A stretch of 64,000 nucleotides of DNA from Camelus dromedarius (GCF_036321535.1 NC_087436.1:76200001-76264000), one strand, 5' to 3'. Positions 40,997-55,068 are shown, numbered from the stretch's first letter. Translations and numbers: made by a program. Notes: a model not told the origin generated them from the sequence alone.

Positions 40997-41163
40997 CTTG
41001 GCATCTGGGTTTTCCATTTGTTGGCCGAAAGAAGCACAGTTTCAGTATTGTCTTCAGCCATCCAATAAATACCACTGGATAAAGCTATTGGGATTACTGG
41101 TGAAGAGCGGTTGTTTGTTAAATGCCATAAAGGTTTGTTATTTTGGCCGTTAAAATCAGTTTC
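40997..41163 (-). pseudogene. Exon remnant, stop-free (167 nt), AAA4 region
   Basis: ttttttttactcag acceptor, AAG|gtgaaa donor; ETDFNGQNNKPLWHLTNNRSSPVIPIALSSGIYWMAEDNTETVLLSANKWKTQMPR. Confidence 0.7.
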
Positions 41164-41488
41164 CTGAGTAAAAAAAATTAAAAAAATAAAAATCTCAGAG
41201 TCCATGTTATTTAACTGAGATCTTCAGTGAATTCCCTCCTCTTCCTTCTATAGCTCTCTAAACCTCTAATGGGCAGGTATGCTATAACTGAAAAATTACT
41301 GTTACTTAAAACTTGAAATAAATTGTGGAATGAGATTCCAAAATATAGCTTGGATGACCATACATCAAATGAAACTAATTTATGGAAATTCAGTATAACA
41401 AACAGAGAAAATGGGGATGCTATATTGAGGACATTACAAAAGACTCATTTCAATTTCCCTTTAAAAAAATCCCCTAAAATATTATGAT

Positions 41489-44400
41489 GTGTATTAGCCC
41501 AGGTTACCTAGAAAACAGAGTTTAAGACAAAGCTGATGTGCTATTAGGGACTGCAACCCCAGGTAATAAGAGTGAAGGAAAAAGGGAAATGAGGTCAGAA
41601 GGAAGGAAAGCAAATAAAAATCATTTGTTAACTAGTTGACTACAGATTCACAAAAAAATATGGCCAGCTGTTCAGTCATGGGGGGATGTCTCCTGAGATG
41701 ATGTCTGGAATCCATGTGCCTTTGAATAATGATCAGCAGGAGAAAAGGAATGGGTTTATTTGTCAGCTCCTACTTGGTGCTTTATCTCTCTTGATCAAAA
41801 TTCATGCCATGGACACTTATGTTGTTATACTTCTGGGTTGTGTTTCGTGGCCATTTGGGCATCTGCTGGGGAAATCCAGGTCATACATCTCTTAGTGTGG
41901 TCTAGTTGAATTGAACAGGAGCAGGTAAACGTGCTGTGCTTTCTCCCATGACAGGGGCCATAGACGTGTACCTAAGTCCAGACCCCACTCTGAGGAAGAC
42001 TAAGAGAGTGGTATTAAGTTAAAGGTGATGGTGGCAGCTGCCAAGAGTCCACTGACCAAGTACCTGGGAGTCAGGTAGCACAAAATGAATCTAGGGAGTC
42101 TTATAAGCTGGATTCAGTATGGAATGTTACTCACTTTATAGAAATGCAATTTGTACACATCACTAACATTTCACGACCCTAACTATTTCAGTTGTCTATT
42201 ATGTCTTGAGTGAGAGATAACCAGAAATACCAATACATTAATTCACATGCATTGTTAATGTTTCAGCTAGATGTCAGGGACTTGGAAGGCACAGGAGAGG
42301 AAGATTGGTGACAAGGAAGTCTGATGGACTTCCTAGAATGGGCATCGACTGTGAAAATTTTTGTTTCTAATGTTAATATCCACCAAAGAGCATCCATCTT
42401 AATAGTCAAGTGGACAAAATGACATGTTCTATAGCGGCCAGTCAGCTTCTTTCCCAGCTACTCCACTGCTTGTTTAACAGGCCTGTGAACAAAGACAGAG
42501 GCTATGCATGGGCTCAGCATCATGGTGTCCCCATACCAAGGCTGACCTGATTAATACAGCTGCTGAGTACCTGATCTGCTGATGGCAGAGACCAATATTG
42601 AGCTCTTGATATGATACCATTTCTCATGGTTACCACCTAGACCCTCGGTGGCAGATTAATTACACTGGATGTCTTCCATCATGAAGGGGACAGAGATTTA
42701 TCTCTTGGAATAGGCATATTTTGGATATAGATTTGCCTTCCTGCCTGTAAAGTTTCTGCCAGCAATGGACTAACATAATGACTTTCTTCTTCATGGCATT
42801 ACATACAGGATTGTGTCTGAGCAAGGGCTCATTTGAAACTAAAAGAAATACACCAGTGGGCTCATGCTGATGGAATTAACTGACCCTTCCACTTTTCCCA
42901 TCACTCAGAAGTGGCTGGTTTAATTGAAAGATGAAATGGCTTTCAAGACCAGCCAGTTATGATGTAGGTTGGGAGACAATACTCTCAAAGGATGGGGATC
43001 AGTCAGAGGCCATTATATGAGGCTATCTTTTTCATAGCCAGGATATATGCATCTGAGAATCAAGGAACTGATTTGCTGTGCTCTTCTCAAAATAACACAT
43101 AAATAACCTGCTCACAGAAGTTTTGCATCCTGTCCCTGAAACTTTGAACTATGCTTCTCTGTGGATCTTAATCACCAAAGGGGTTGGGGGTTAGCAGTGA
43201 GGGGTGGGGAATGCTTCCGTTTGGGGGTATAATAATGATTCCACTGAATTGGAAGGTGAGACTGCCACTTGGTCATTTTGGGATTCTTATTCCACTGGAA
43301 AGAAACAGATTAAAAGAAAAAGGGATGTTACTTTTCTGGTTGGGGTGATTGATTCCAATTATCAAGAGGAAATTGAGTTGCTGCTACACAATGGGGGTAA
43401 AGGAGTAATGCCTGAAATTCAGTGAATTTGGGGGGCACCCTTTAGTAATTTCATGCTCTTTTTTTCCTAAAATTCCTAAATTCACTGAAAAACAACAGCA
43501 ACTACAAAGAGGCAGGATGACTTAGGACTCAGACTCTTTGGGAATAAAAATTTAGATTGCTCTAGCAGGCAAAGAACTGTAACCAGCAGAGGTTCTGGCT
43601 ACGGGCAAGGCAACTATGGAATGGATAGTGAAGGAAGCCATAGACATCAACTGTAGTCTAATGGCTAGTTGCAGAAACAAGGACCACAGTATCTTTATAT
43701 ATTTTCTTTGCTTGTAACATTTTTATATACTATTTTCTTCTTTCTTCTTCCCATTTAATTTCCTATAATAATTGATAAATATCCCTTATAACTTAGTATT
43801 TAAGTAACAGCATATTCAGTGAAATTATGACAGAACTTGAGAAATAACTGACATGACCAGCAATGGATACAATGACTGCTAGGAGTATGCCTCTTCTCAT
43901 TTTGGGGAAGGATAAGAACTACCGCTTGTAAGTAGGATAGCTGAATCTTATTAAGTGGAAATATAGAGTTGGTTATTATTGTATGGAAAATTCAAATGTT
44001 TTAGAAGGATGCATGTGGAAACTGAGTAGACAAAGAGGTGGTCTGATGGTCTGTGGCAATTACCAATTTTTGCTTCTCTCCAAATCTACCCTTCATTGCC
44101 TGCTTTACGTTAATGCAGATGGACCCTATGAGCATTTATCTTTTGCAGCAGACATAATATTAAATTTTATCAGTAGAGGACACTGGAGGAACACTGCAGG
44201 ATGAAGGGGGTTCCCTCTCTGATTCTAATTTGCCTCCAGATGCTGCTTCTTGCTCCTGGTGCCTGGCTGCCGGTGGCACATGTGGGGACATCTAGTGGTA
44301 CCCATTCTCATTGAGTTTCAGTGGAATCTGGTGGATGCCTTCCTGTCAAGGCTCACCCATGGGCAGATTCCCAGTGAGTTTTGTAAACACTTCAGCAGTT

Positions 44401-44825
44401 AGGTTTCACAGAAGTGGTTCACCTGCACCTTGGAATGGCATTTCCTGCTTGTTAGTTCCAACTATAGTTCCCTGCCTGCCAGTCTCAGCCCGCCTACACT
44501 CGAGAAGGTATTTCTGGCTTGATAGTTCTGACTGCAATTCCTTGTCTGCCAACTTCAGATCACCTGACACCTGGAGGGATAGTTCCTGATTATCTAGCAA
44601 TCGGGAGTCAGTCTGGGAGAACTCAGTGAACTTCTCTGGGATTCAGTGGCTTCCATAATACCTTCCCTGATAAGGTCTGAACTGCAAAGTTAGAGAAAGG
44701 ATCGTCTTCCAAATTTATTCCTTCACTGAGTATTCTGCCTCAGTCCCAGAGTTTAGCATTTTTTATTCCATTATAGTTAGCTATATTTATAATCCTTATA
44801 TTAAACTGTCCCTGTTGAAATTACT
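41489..44825 (+). mobile_element. ERVL-class remnant: LTR-like 5' block, decayed pol/integrase/dUTPase internal sequence (about 42270-44040), polypurine tract and 3' LTR (about 44045-44825)
   Basis: tggtggcagattaattacactgga integrase-like segment; ORF 43204 GVIDSNYQEEIELLLHNGG is dUTPase-like; aaagaggtgg precedes TG. Confidence 0.75.
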
Positions 44826-44872
44826 TTGTGTTTTCTGTTTAATCATTCTGTCATTACTTATACACCACCTAC

Positions 44873-45065
44873 CTGTGAGATTTGGAAGAAATTTTGTATG
44901 CCTAGGAGATTTTATTCCAAATATCTTAGTGGATGTTATCCACTTTGGGATTTGATTCTTAACCTTGAATATGAACCATATGTCAGGGATACAGTAGACC
45001 TATTGGCTACATGGTAGTTAAAGCATTCATGTCAATAGGAGCCACCAGGATGGGTTACCACTGAC
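44873..45065 (-). pseudogene. Decayed exon (candidate)
   Basis: Long pyrimidine tract plus cacag acceptor, strong CAG|gtaggt donor. Confidence 0.5.
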
Positions 45066-45243
45066 CTGTGAGATGGCTTTCAGGAAGGAGAGAAGATTAA
45101 AATTCCCTTTAGCCATTTCTAATTATAGAAAAGAATTAGTCTTTGGCTAGTTTAAGGAATCCTACTGCTTACTAGACCTACTCAAAAATGGGATTTCCTC
45201 TAGTCATGAATCAACCTCAGGGGTTAAATGCTTTTTAAGTTAC

Positions 45244-45521
45244 CAAAGTCATTTTATGGGATTGGATCAAGTTGGAAGTCTCTGGACAATGGTCTGAGAT
45301 TAATGCAGGACTCTTGCTGTTGTACGAGTGGTTGAGAGAAAGCCCCGGAGCACAACACACCATGAAAGATGTTTTCAGGTTCTGAAGACCTCAGGATCTT
45401 TCCACTGACCTTCATATCATGGACTTAGTTGGAAAAGGGCTGCCTTGATGGTTATTCATGCCTAGAGCAGCTTCAAAGAAGATGAAGAAATCATGGATAT
45501 GGTGTGCCCTTTACCAGTTAT
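45244..45521 (-). pseudogene. Decayed exon (candidate)
   Basis: gatctttttaag acceptor, TTG|gtaact donor; frame ambiguous. Confidence 0.4.
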
Positions 45522-46167
45522 CTTAAAAAGATCTTGACAAAATTGTCAGGGGAAACTAAGACAGAAAATACATGGTTCCTGTCCCTTCCCTGTCACATAC
45601 ACACTTACGTCAATAATGTTTGAAAGATGGATAACTGGGAAATAATTTAATCTTTCAAAGTATCTTGTTCTTTTATTTTTTTTTTTAATTGCATGTTCCC
45701 CTCCCTTCCCCTCACCACTAAACTGTAAGTTCCATGAGAGAAAATAACTCATCTGCCTTGTTCAGCACTGCATTTCTTGTATGCTTATTGTCTTCTCTAG
45801 GAGACAAGCTCACTGATATCCCACCAGTCCTGCTTCGTTAGACTACTTCCAATGACTAAACCATAAAACATTAGTATACATGAATGAGTGACAGATACAC
45901 TGCCTAACTTTTTATTTAGCACTTTGTTTATTTTCCCTTTCACTTAGTATTTCTCCATTATCTGCTTCTTAGTAAGACAATATTTGGTGCACTGAAATTG
46001 TTGATAATTGTTAATGTTCCTATCTCTATGATATGTTTTCAAGACAAAAGTATTCCATTTAAACATTCTGTTGTTGCTCTTAAAAGAGATAATTTAAGCA
46101 GTTTTTTTAAATAGAAATGCTCTGAACATTAATTTAAAAGAATCTTTTAAGATACAATTAAGATTTT

Positions 46168-46802
46168 TTATTTTTTTTTTAAATTGAAGTTTAGTTGTTC
46201 TAAAATGTGTTAGTTTCTGGTGTACAGCATTGTGATTCAGTTATACATATATATTAATTTTCACCTTCTTTTTCATTATAGGTTGTTACAAGATATTGAA
46301 TATAGCTCCCTGTGCTATACACTAGGACCTTGTTGTTTATCTATTTTATATATAGTAGTTAGTATCTGCTAATTTTTTAAACATTTTTTATTGATTTATA
46401 ATCATTTTACAATATTGTGTCAAATTCCAGTGGAGAGCACAATTTTTCAGTTATACATGAACATATATATATATTCATTGTCACATTTTTTTCTCTGTGA
46501 GCTACCATAAGATCTTGTATATATTTCCCTGTGCTATACAGTATAATCTTGTTTATCTATTCTACAATTTTGAAATCCCAGTCTATCTCTTCCTACTCCC
46601 TGCCCCCTTGGCAACCACAAGTTTGTATTCTATGTCTATGAGTCTATTTCTGTTTTGTATTTATGCTTTGTTTGTTTGTTTGAGTATCTGCTAATCTGAA
46701 ACTTCTAATTTATCCCTCCCCCCACTTCCTTTTGGTATCCATACGTTTGTTTTCTATGTTTATGACTCTGTTTCTATTTTGTAAATAAGTTCTTTTATAT
46801 TA
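46168..46802 (-). mobile_element. L1 3' UTR fragment carrying a nested younger L1 3' end (46374-46682)
   Basis: Inner duplication agtatctgctaat at 46361-46373 and 46683-46695; the inner element matches the 33.5-33.8 kb L1 3' UTR. Confidence 0.85.
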
Positions 46803-47651
46803 TAAGATGCAATTTAGGATTTCAGCTAAATGGACAAATAAAAAGAAAAATTTAGGGATATCTTCAGGAAAAAAGAAAGAGTAGTCCATTTATGAAAAGT
46901 AAGTAGCAAAAAAGTCTTTAAAACAGACTTACTTAACACACTTTGAAAAATGTAATTAAATTCTTCAGTTGAACTTGCTTACTTCTGTCCCTGAAGCAAT
47001 TTACAACCATGTACTAATAATCACAGCTCACGCCGAATAGTGAGCTATGCACTTACCATGCATCTTTCGTTCAACAAATTAGTACACTTGTCTAAAGAAT
47101 GCAAAAAGACCTTGAATGTGACTAAATCCACTAATCATTGGTTTATAAATTTGCTCAAGAGATTCACTTAGAATTCAGATTCCTTTTGATCTAGAAATTT
47201 GATTCTTTTTTCCTAATCAGTCAGAATCACCCTCTCTCAAGACAACCAGGGCTGGTCCAGTGAGTGTTGCCTGAGTGACTGGGGCCCAGTTTTGGTTTCT
47301 TGAGGCAGAGGTAAGGCAAGAAGACCCCCCAGAAGGTCGTGGGCTCCAGAGATCTGGAGTCTTAGTGAAGTCAGGGGTATAAGAACATCCAAACACCAAC
47401 TGTGCTGCTGCAGAGGTAAAATTTTAGGCTCTGGTACTAAAGCCAGGAGTTCAGAGGTGAGTGTGGCTTAGAAAGCAGTGAAAAACAGATCATGAAAAAG
47501 TTCAGGGCTGGGGAGATTTGGACTGATCATTGCAACCATCCATAGGTATTCCAATAGTTCATCTTAATAGGTCCAGGAGAGAGTGGTAGTTTGTCTGGCT
47601 TAGGAAGCCATCCATAACAGGGAAGATCATTACTAAGTCTGTATCATAAAC

Positions 47652-47843
47652 CTTTGATTGTTCACTTAGAAGCCATTTTTTTGCAGATGTTTTTTGTCAC
47701 CACTGAATTTCAGGGACTTTCACAACCTCCTCACTGCCCCTCAATTTTTCATTCCAGTTTTCCCTTGTATGGTTTCCTCACAGTCTTGTCTATCATATTC
47801 TCCCAAACATTACTTCATGGGAAATTGAAATTCAATAGTAGTT
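47652..47843 (-). pseudogene. Decayed exon (candidate)
   Basis: ctgtctcctataag acceptor, AAG|gtttat donor, non-repeat sequence; frame ambiguous. Confidence 0.35.
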
Positions 47844-47949
47844 CTTATAGGAGACAGCACTGAATGACTTGAAACCAGAGGATTTGAGAATAAGAAGGGA
47901 CCTTAATAGATTACTTATCTCAGTGCTTTAATTTTAAAGATACACTCAT

Positions 47950-49300
47950 TAAATACTATTCACTGAGTACCTAAAATGTACCAGGGACACTTCAGAACTA
48001 GGGAAATAAAGGGGAACAAAAAAGATTGAATATTTGTCTTCATGGAATATATATTTGAGGAGGTAGATAATAAACAAATAGATACAGAAATGTAATATAA
48101 ATTGTAGGTAAATGCTACATAAAAAATAAGGTACAGTAATGACATAGAGAATGATGGAAGGAAGGAAATTGATTGAGAAAAGCCTCTCTAAGGAGTGAAA
48201 TTTGATTAGATAACTAAATAACGTGAAGAGAAGAGATTCATGTTGTGGCTATGAAGGAAGTGTGTCTGAGGAAAAGTCAATGTTGTAGGGCAAGAAAACA
48301 TTTGAGGATCAGGAAGAGGGCCAATGAAGCCAAAAAGGAGTGAGAGAAGTAGAATGAGATGACCTTAAAAAAATAGGGCCCAGAGCACACAAGGCCTCCA
48401 AGGTCATGGTGAAGGATTTAGAGTCAATTCAAGTACAATAGGGAACCATTAAAATGTGTTGAAAGACATGACATATACTTTTTTAAAGTACATATGAATG
48501 AAGAATATATTGAAGAAGGGCCAGAGAGAATGCATGGAGGCCAGTTAGGAGGCTCTTGAAGTTGTCCAAATGAGAGATGGTGATAGCTGGGATGAAGCAC
48601 AGGAGAAGTGGTGAGAAGTAGTTGGACCTGGGATATATTTTGAAGTTAAAGCAAATAGGACTTCTGGTCGACTGCATAAGGAGTGTGGTGAGGATAAAAG
48701 AAGAGTCAACCATGACTGCAAGGTTTTTGACATGGGTGTCAGGACACATAACATTTACTAAGATAGGAAAGACTAAGAGATAATTATATTTGGGGAGAAA
48801 ATCAGTGGTTCTAGTTTGGATATATTAAGCTTGGATGCCTCTTAAACATTCAAGCAGAGTTATCAAATAGGCAACAGGTATAAAAGTATGGTGTTTGGGA
48901 GTGGTTCAAGATGGAGTTACCAAATTGTAGAATCTGTTGTATGTTAATAGTATTTAAAGCCACCGGACAGGATGAGATCACCTAGGGAGTAAGTATAGAG
49001 AAGTGAAGAGGCTGAAGACTGAGTTCTGGAGCACACCAATGTCTAGCTGTTAAAAAGAAGAGAAACCAGCAAAGGAGATCTAGAAGAAATGGTCAATGAA
49101 GTAGGAGGAAAACCAGTTAGTTTTCTAGAAGTGAAGTGAAGAAAGTGTTGAGAGAGAGAGGAAGGAGAACTAAAATTTGGTTACTGGATATGGCAAGAAG
49201 TATGTAGTTGGTGACCTTGACATAAATAATTTCAACAGAGTAATGAAAGTCTGACTGGAGAATATTCAAGAAAAAATGGGAAGTGAAGAAATACTTTTAA
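47950..49300 (-). mobile_element. L2 LINE fragment
   Basis: ccagttaggaggct, gatgagatcacctagggag, gtgaccttgac. Confidence 0.8.
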
Positions 49301-49349
49301 AAATAGGGACAGTAGCTTTAGGAGATGTCAGCTCTAATAAGGGTTTTAC

Positions 49350-49979
49350 TTATTTATTTAAATGAGAGATAATAGAAAATACGCTGACAAGAATGTGTTT
49401 TTTCATGGCTAGGCTTTTGAGTTTGAGAGGAGGACACATTGTCAGACTTTTATTTGTCAAAATGGATGAGCTTTGTGTCAGGAGAGGAGGTAGTTTTCTG
49501 TTGACATCTTCATTAGAATCAATAGCATTGAATATGAATAGCTTTAGAGTCCCTCTTTTAAGGCAAACATAAATAACTTCCCAGGGCTTGCTCTGCCTTA
49601 CACAGATTCCCAGGCATCTAGGCATGTGGCAGGAGTGGCAGACCTGTCAAGCGGTGTGTCTGGGCCTGTGTGATGGATTGGTGGGCTTTGATAAATGGCC
49701 CGTGCCAGGCAGCTCCATTAGAGCTGACTGACTCCGGCAAGATTAATTGTTTTAGATTGTACAGACATCTTTCAAGAGGGAAGCATTTCTGTTTATCTAT
49801 CTTCTGTCCATCACAAAAGAGTCTCCTGTAGCTTGTCATAATCCATAAAGAGGAACAAAACATTTTCAGACCTTTCAACTATTTCCTCAGTTCCTTTTAC
49901 ATCCTCGGTGTCAATAAAAAATATATTGGTTTTCTTTTATAGTTGTTAAATTTCCATTGTAAGTTATCCTTAGCACCAT
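49350..49979 (-). pseudogene. Decayed large exon, AAA2 Walker B to AAA3 region
   Basis: Strong acceptor ttttaattttcactcttag; KRKPIYF then a frameshift in a T run then FIDTEDVKGTEEIVERSENVLFLFMDYDKL; two track ORFs (49618-49878, 49350-49625); possible donor AA|gtaaaa. Confidence 0.6.
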
Positions 49980-52069
49980 CTAAGAGTGAAAATTAAAATT
50001 AAAAGGTCTATAGAGCAAGGGACACCATGGATCAATCTAGTTTGTAGAGCATAGCAATTACCATATAGTAAATATTGTCTACATGTCTTAGCTCCCTTGA
50101 GAGATACCATAGGGCCTGAAATGCATTAAGTATTCAATAGATATTTGTTAAATAAATATTTGTTAATTAATTTATGAGTGAGGTACATAACATTGTCTTA
50201 GGGTTAATGGGACTTGAGAGGAATATTGAAAAAACCTTGACCTTTTTCTTAGAAGAAACAGGTCGATCAAGAAAATATGTTTCCAAGTGACATATACACT
50301 TATTTATTTATTGTTCAAATATTTATTTAGAGCTTTTTATGTGACAGGCCTTGTACTAACTGCTTTACAAACATTAACTCATCCAGTTTCTTAAGTTGGT
50401 ATTATCACCATTTTATACATGAGGAAACTGAGGCATAGAGAAATTAAGGAAGGTTACACAGCTAACAAAGGGCAGGGCTGATACAACCACCTAGTCTGAC
50501 TTCAGAACTCTAAATTCAACCAGGTGCTTTTGCTAAATCATAATGTTTGGCAGTTGATTTAATATAAAATATTTTTCAGAATAATTTTTGTTGGCCAGGA
50601 GTAAATGTAAAAAGAATACTGTATTTAGAACTGCTTCAAAATTTGAGAGATTCGTGGTTTGGTGTCCACAGGACTAACAGTCGCTACTTACTGTACACTT
50701 ACTCTATTAGGTTCTTTATATATCTTACCTCAAATTCTTAAATGATAACTCAGGGCAATAGGAGTTATTCCCATTTTAAAGATAAAGAAATTAAGGTGTG
50801 CGTGGAGGAACTGAAAATCAAACCCACCTATGTCTTACTTCAAAACCAGTACTCTAGTGACTCATCAGAGAAAATAAAAGAACCAGCTTGAATAAATCAA
50901 CTTCATAGAGAAGATAGATTCAACTAGGTTGAACTGTAGTTTTCTCAAAGTTGGGATTGAATTTAAGATTATATTTTGTAAAAACTCCATTTCATAACAT
51001 CTAAATATAAACATTTCCAGAACTTTTAGATTTATGTTTTGGTTACTACTTTTATTCTAATTATAGTGAAAAACCATAACAAAATGAAGTGATCAGTATC
51101 TATAATCAAAATGAAAGTATTTATTCTGAGCACAAAAATAATTCATTGTTTTTCTCTTCTTAAAGAAATTTACTCTTGCTGGGAATCAAGATTTCTGGGC
51201 TCCATCTTCTCTTGTTCATCTAGTTCTATCATAGTTATAAGAAGATAATAACTGACCTTTAACCTACCTTAGCCAGCTGCTATGTAAAGTCCTTTACATG
51301 CAGTGCCTAATTTAATCTTTACAATAACACCATCAGTTAGATACTATCATTACTTCATTGATTAGGAAACTGAGGACCAAGAAGTAATCACTTGCCTAAA
51401 TTCACTCAGAGAATACATGGCAGAGGTGAGATATGGTCTATATAACTCTGAAGCTCATTAAGCAGAGCCACTGTAAATTATTATAACCAGTGATAACTGC
51501 TTAGCTCTTTAGAAAGCATTTCCATATCCCTTATCATGTATGATTTTGATTATTCTGTGAGGTAGGCAAATCAGATAAAAGGAAGACCATAAAGATCTTA
51601 AGAGAAGCTTTTTAAAAAGTGCACCAAAGACTATATTAAAGTATGTACTACTGTTCGTCAAAATATACCTTTAGGAGAAGTAAAACGTAAGCCACAGAAT
51701 GGGATGAAATAATCTCAAAACCTGTATCTAATGAAGGAAAGAAATCTTCAAAATTAATGGGAAAAAGGCAGATAACCCATTACAAAATGAGAAAAGACTT
51801 TGACAAGCACTTTACTGAGGATATCCACAGGCCAATGAACACACGAAAAGGTGCTCAAATTGATTTACATTAGGAAATGGAAATTAAATTCACAATACAA
51901 TACCATTTGGCTAAAATAAATAGGTGTTGGCTAAAATAAAAAGGTGTTGGTGAAGATACAGAAAAACCAGAACCCTCATACACTGCTGGAGGATAAATTT
52001 CAGTCATTTTGGAAAGCTATTTGTCAATTATTTGCTAAAGCTGAATATATAAGCCTATATGCCCCATGA

Positions 52070-55068
52070 CCCCTCTGGCAACCACCTGCTCCTTCTATGT
52101 ATTTATGGCTCTGATTCCATTTGGTTATGTTCATTCATTTGTTTTGTTTTTGTTCATTTGTCCTGTTTTTTTAGATTCCACATATAAGTGAGATCATGAG
52201 ATATTTGGCTTTTTCTGTTTGACTTAATTCACTTCGCATAATACCTTCTATATCCATCCCTGTTGTCATAAATGGCACAATGTATACATATATATATGTG
52301 TGTGTGTATCTGTGTGTATATGTGTGTGTATATATATATGTCACATCTTCTTTATCCATTCATCTATTGATGGACACTCAGGTTGCTTCCGTATCTTGGC
52401 TATTGTAAGTAATGCTTCAATGAATATTGGTGTGCATGTATCTTTCTGAGTTGTTGTTTTTGTTTTCTTTGGATAAATACCCAGAAGTGGAATTGCTAGA
52501 TCATATGGCAGTTCTATTTTTAGTTTTTTGAGGAACCTCCATATCATTTTCCATAGTGGCTATACCAACTTACAATCTCACCAACAGTGCACTGGGGTTC
52601 CCTATTCTCCACATCTTCACCAACACTTATTGCTATTTTTTTGATGATGGGTATTCTGACAGGTGTGAGGTGATATCTTATTGTGGTTTTTATTTGCATT
52701 TCCCTAATGATTAGTGATGTTGAACATCTTTTCATGTGGTTTTTGACCATCTGTACATCTTCTTTGGAAAAATTCCTATTCAGGTCCTCTGCTCATTTTT
52801 AATCAGGTTGTTTCTTTATGTTGAGTTGTATAAGTTATTTGTATATTTTTGATATTAACCCCTTATTAGTCATATCATTTGCTAATATCTTCTATTCAGT
52901 AGGTGGCCTTTTCATTTTGTTGACAGTTTCTTTTATTGTACAAAATCTTTTTGGTTTAATGTAGTCTCATTTGTTTATTTTTGCTTTTATTTCCCTTGAC
53001 TGAGGAGACAAATCCAAAAATATATTGTTAAGACCAGTGTCAAAGAGCATACTACCTATATTTTCTTCTAGGAGTTTTATGGCTTCAGGACTTGCATCTA
53101 AGTCTTTAATCCATTTTGAGTTTATTTTTGTATGTGGTGTGAGAAAGTGGCTCAGTTTGATTCTTTTGCATGTGGCTGTCCTGTTTTCCCAACATTATTT
53201 ATTGAAGAAGCTGTCTTTTCCCCATTGTGTATTCTTGCTTCCTTTGTTGGAGATTAATTGACCATATAGCAAGGGTTTATTTCTGAGCTTTCTGTTCTGT
53301 TACATTAAAGAATGTGTTTTTGTGCCAATACCATACTATTTTGATGACTGTAGCTTTATAGTATAGTTTGAAATCAGGGAGCGTGATACCTCCAGTTTTG
53401 TTCTTCTTTCTCAATACCATTTTGGCTATTTGGGGTCCTTTGTGTTTGCATACACATTTTAGGATTCTTTGTTTTAGTTCTGTAAAAAATGCCTTTGGTA
53501 TTTTGATATGAATTGCATTGAGTCTGTAGATTGCCTTGGGTAGTATGATCATTTTTAACAATATTAATTCTTCTAATCTGTGAGCATGATATTTCTTTCC
53601 ATTTGTGTTGTCTTCATTTTCTTTATTGTCTTACAGTTTATAGTACAATATTTCACCTCCTTGGTTAGATTTATTACTAGGTATTTTATTCCTTTTGACG
53701 TGATTATAAATAGGATTGTTTTCTTAATTTCTCTTTCTGACAGTTAATTGTTAGTGTACAGAAATGCATTAGATATTTGCATATTGATTTTGTATCCTGC
53801 AACTTTACAGAATTCATTGGTGAGCTCCAATATTTTTTTGGTGATGTCTGGAGGATTTTTCTGTGTATAGTATCATGCCATCTGCAAATAGTGACAGTTT
53901 AACTCTTCCCTTTCCAATCTGGATTCCTTTTATTTCTTTTTCTCATTGCTGTAGCTAAGACTTCCAATACTTCCTTTGAATAAAAGTAGTGAGAATGGGT
54001 ATCCATGTCCTGTTTCTGATGTTAGAGGAAATGCTTTCAGCGTTTCCCATTGAGCATGATGATGTTGGCTGTGTGTTTGTCATATATGGCCTTTATTATG
54101 TTGAAGTATGTTCTCTCTATATCTGCTTTATTGAGTATCTTTTTTTATCATAAATGATGTTGAATTTTGTCAAAAGTCTTTTCTGTATCTATTGATATAA
54201 TCATATTACTCTTCAATTTTTGATATGGTATATCACATTGATTGCTTTGAGGATATGGAATGATCCTTTTACTTCTGGGATTAAACTCCACTTCATCATG
54301 GGGTATGACCCTTTTAATGTACTATTGAATTTGGCTTGCTAATATTTTGTTGAGGATTTTTGCATCTCTATTCATCAGTGATACATTGGCCTCTGATTTT
54401 CTTTTTTTTGTAATATCTTTGTCTGGTTTTTGTATCAGAGTGATGCTGGCCTTGTAGAATGAGTTGAGAAGCATTCTTTCCTCTTCAATTTTTTGGTATA
54501 GTTTGAGAAGGATAGGTGTTGACTCTTCTTTAAATGTATGCTATAATTCACCTGTGAAGCCATCTGGTTCTGGACTACTGTGGGAATTTTGTTTTGTTTT
54601 GTTTGTTTGTTTTTTACTGATTCAATTTTCATTACTGGTAATTGGTCTGTTCATGTTTTCTATTTCTTTTGGATTCAGTCTTGGGAGATTGTATATTTCT
54701 AAGAATTTATGTGGTTTCTTTTAGATTGTTCATTTTATCGCCCTATAATTGTTCATAGTAATCTCATATGATCCTTCATATTTCTGTAGTGTTAGTTGTA
54801 ACTTCTTCACTTTCATTTCTGATTTTATTCATTTAGGCCTTCCCTCCTTTTTTTTTCTTGATGAACTTGGCTAAGAGTTTATCAATTTTGTTTATCTTTT
54901 CAAAGAATGAGCTCTTAGTTTCATTGATCTTTTCTATTTTTTAAAGTCTTTATTTCATTTATTTCTGCTCTGATATTTATTATTTTTTTCCTTCTACTCA
55001 CTTTGGGTTTTGTTTATTCTTCTTTTTCTAGTTCCTTTAGGTGTAGGGTTAGGTTGTTTACTGAGATT
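52070..55068 (-). mobile_element. L1 ORF2 plus 3' UTR fragment (about 3 kb) abutting an older plus-strand L1M piece (51620-52070)
   Basis: Track ORFs 52171-54632 translate to L1 ORF2 segments. Confidence 0.9.

Noticed and set aside
1317..45521. Scattered resemblances of pseudo-exon peptides to GREB1/GREB1L (IPCIL, FQ..T.F.LI, IFN.A)
   Set aside because: Not collinear with GREB1 order and partly in frames with more stops; the dynein motifs are collinear and explain the total length.
49830..49930. FIDTEDV...RSENVLFLF resembling a TIR domain
   Set aside because: No upstream TIR first strand; the position matches the dynein AAA2 Walker B region.
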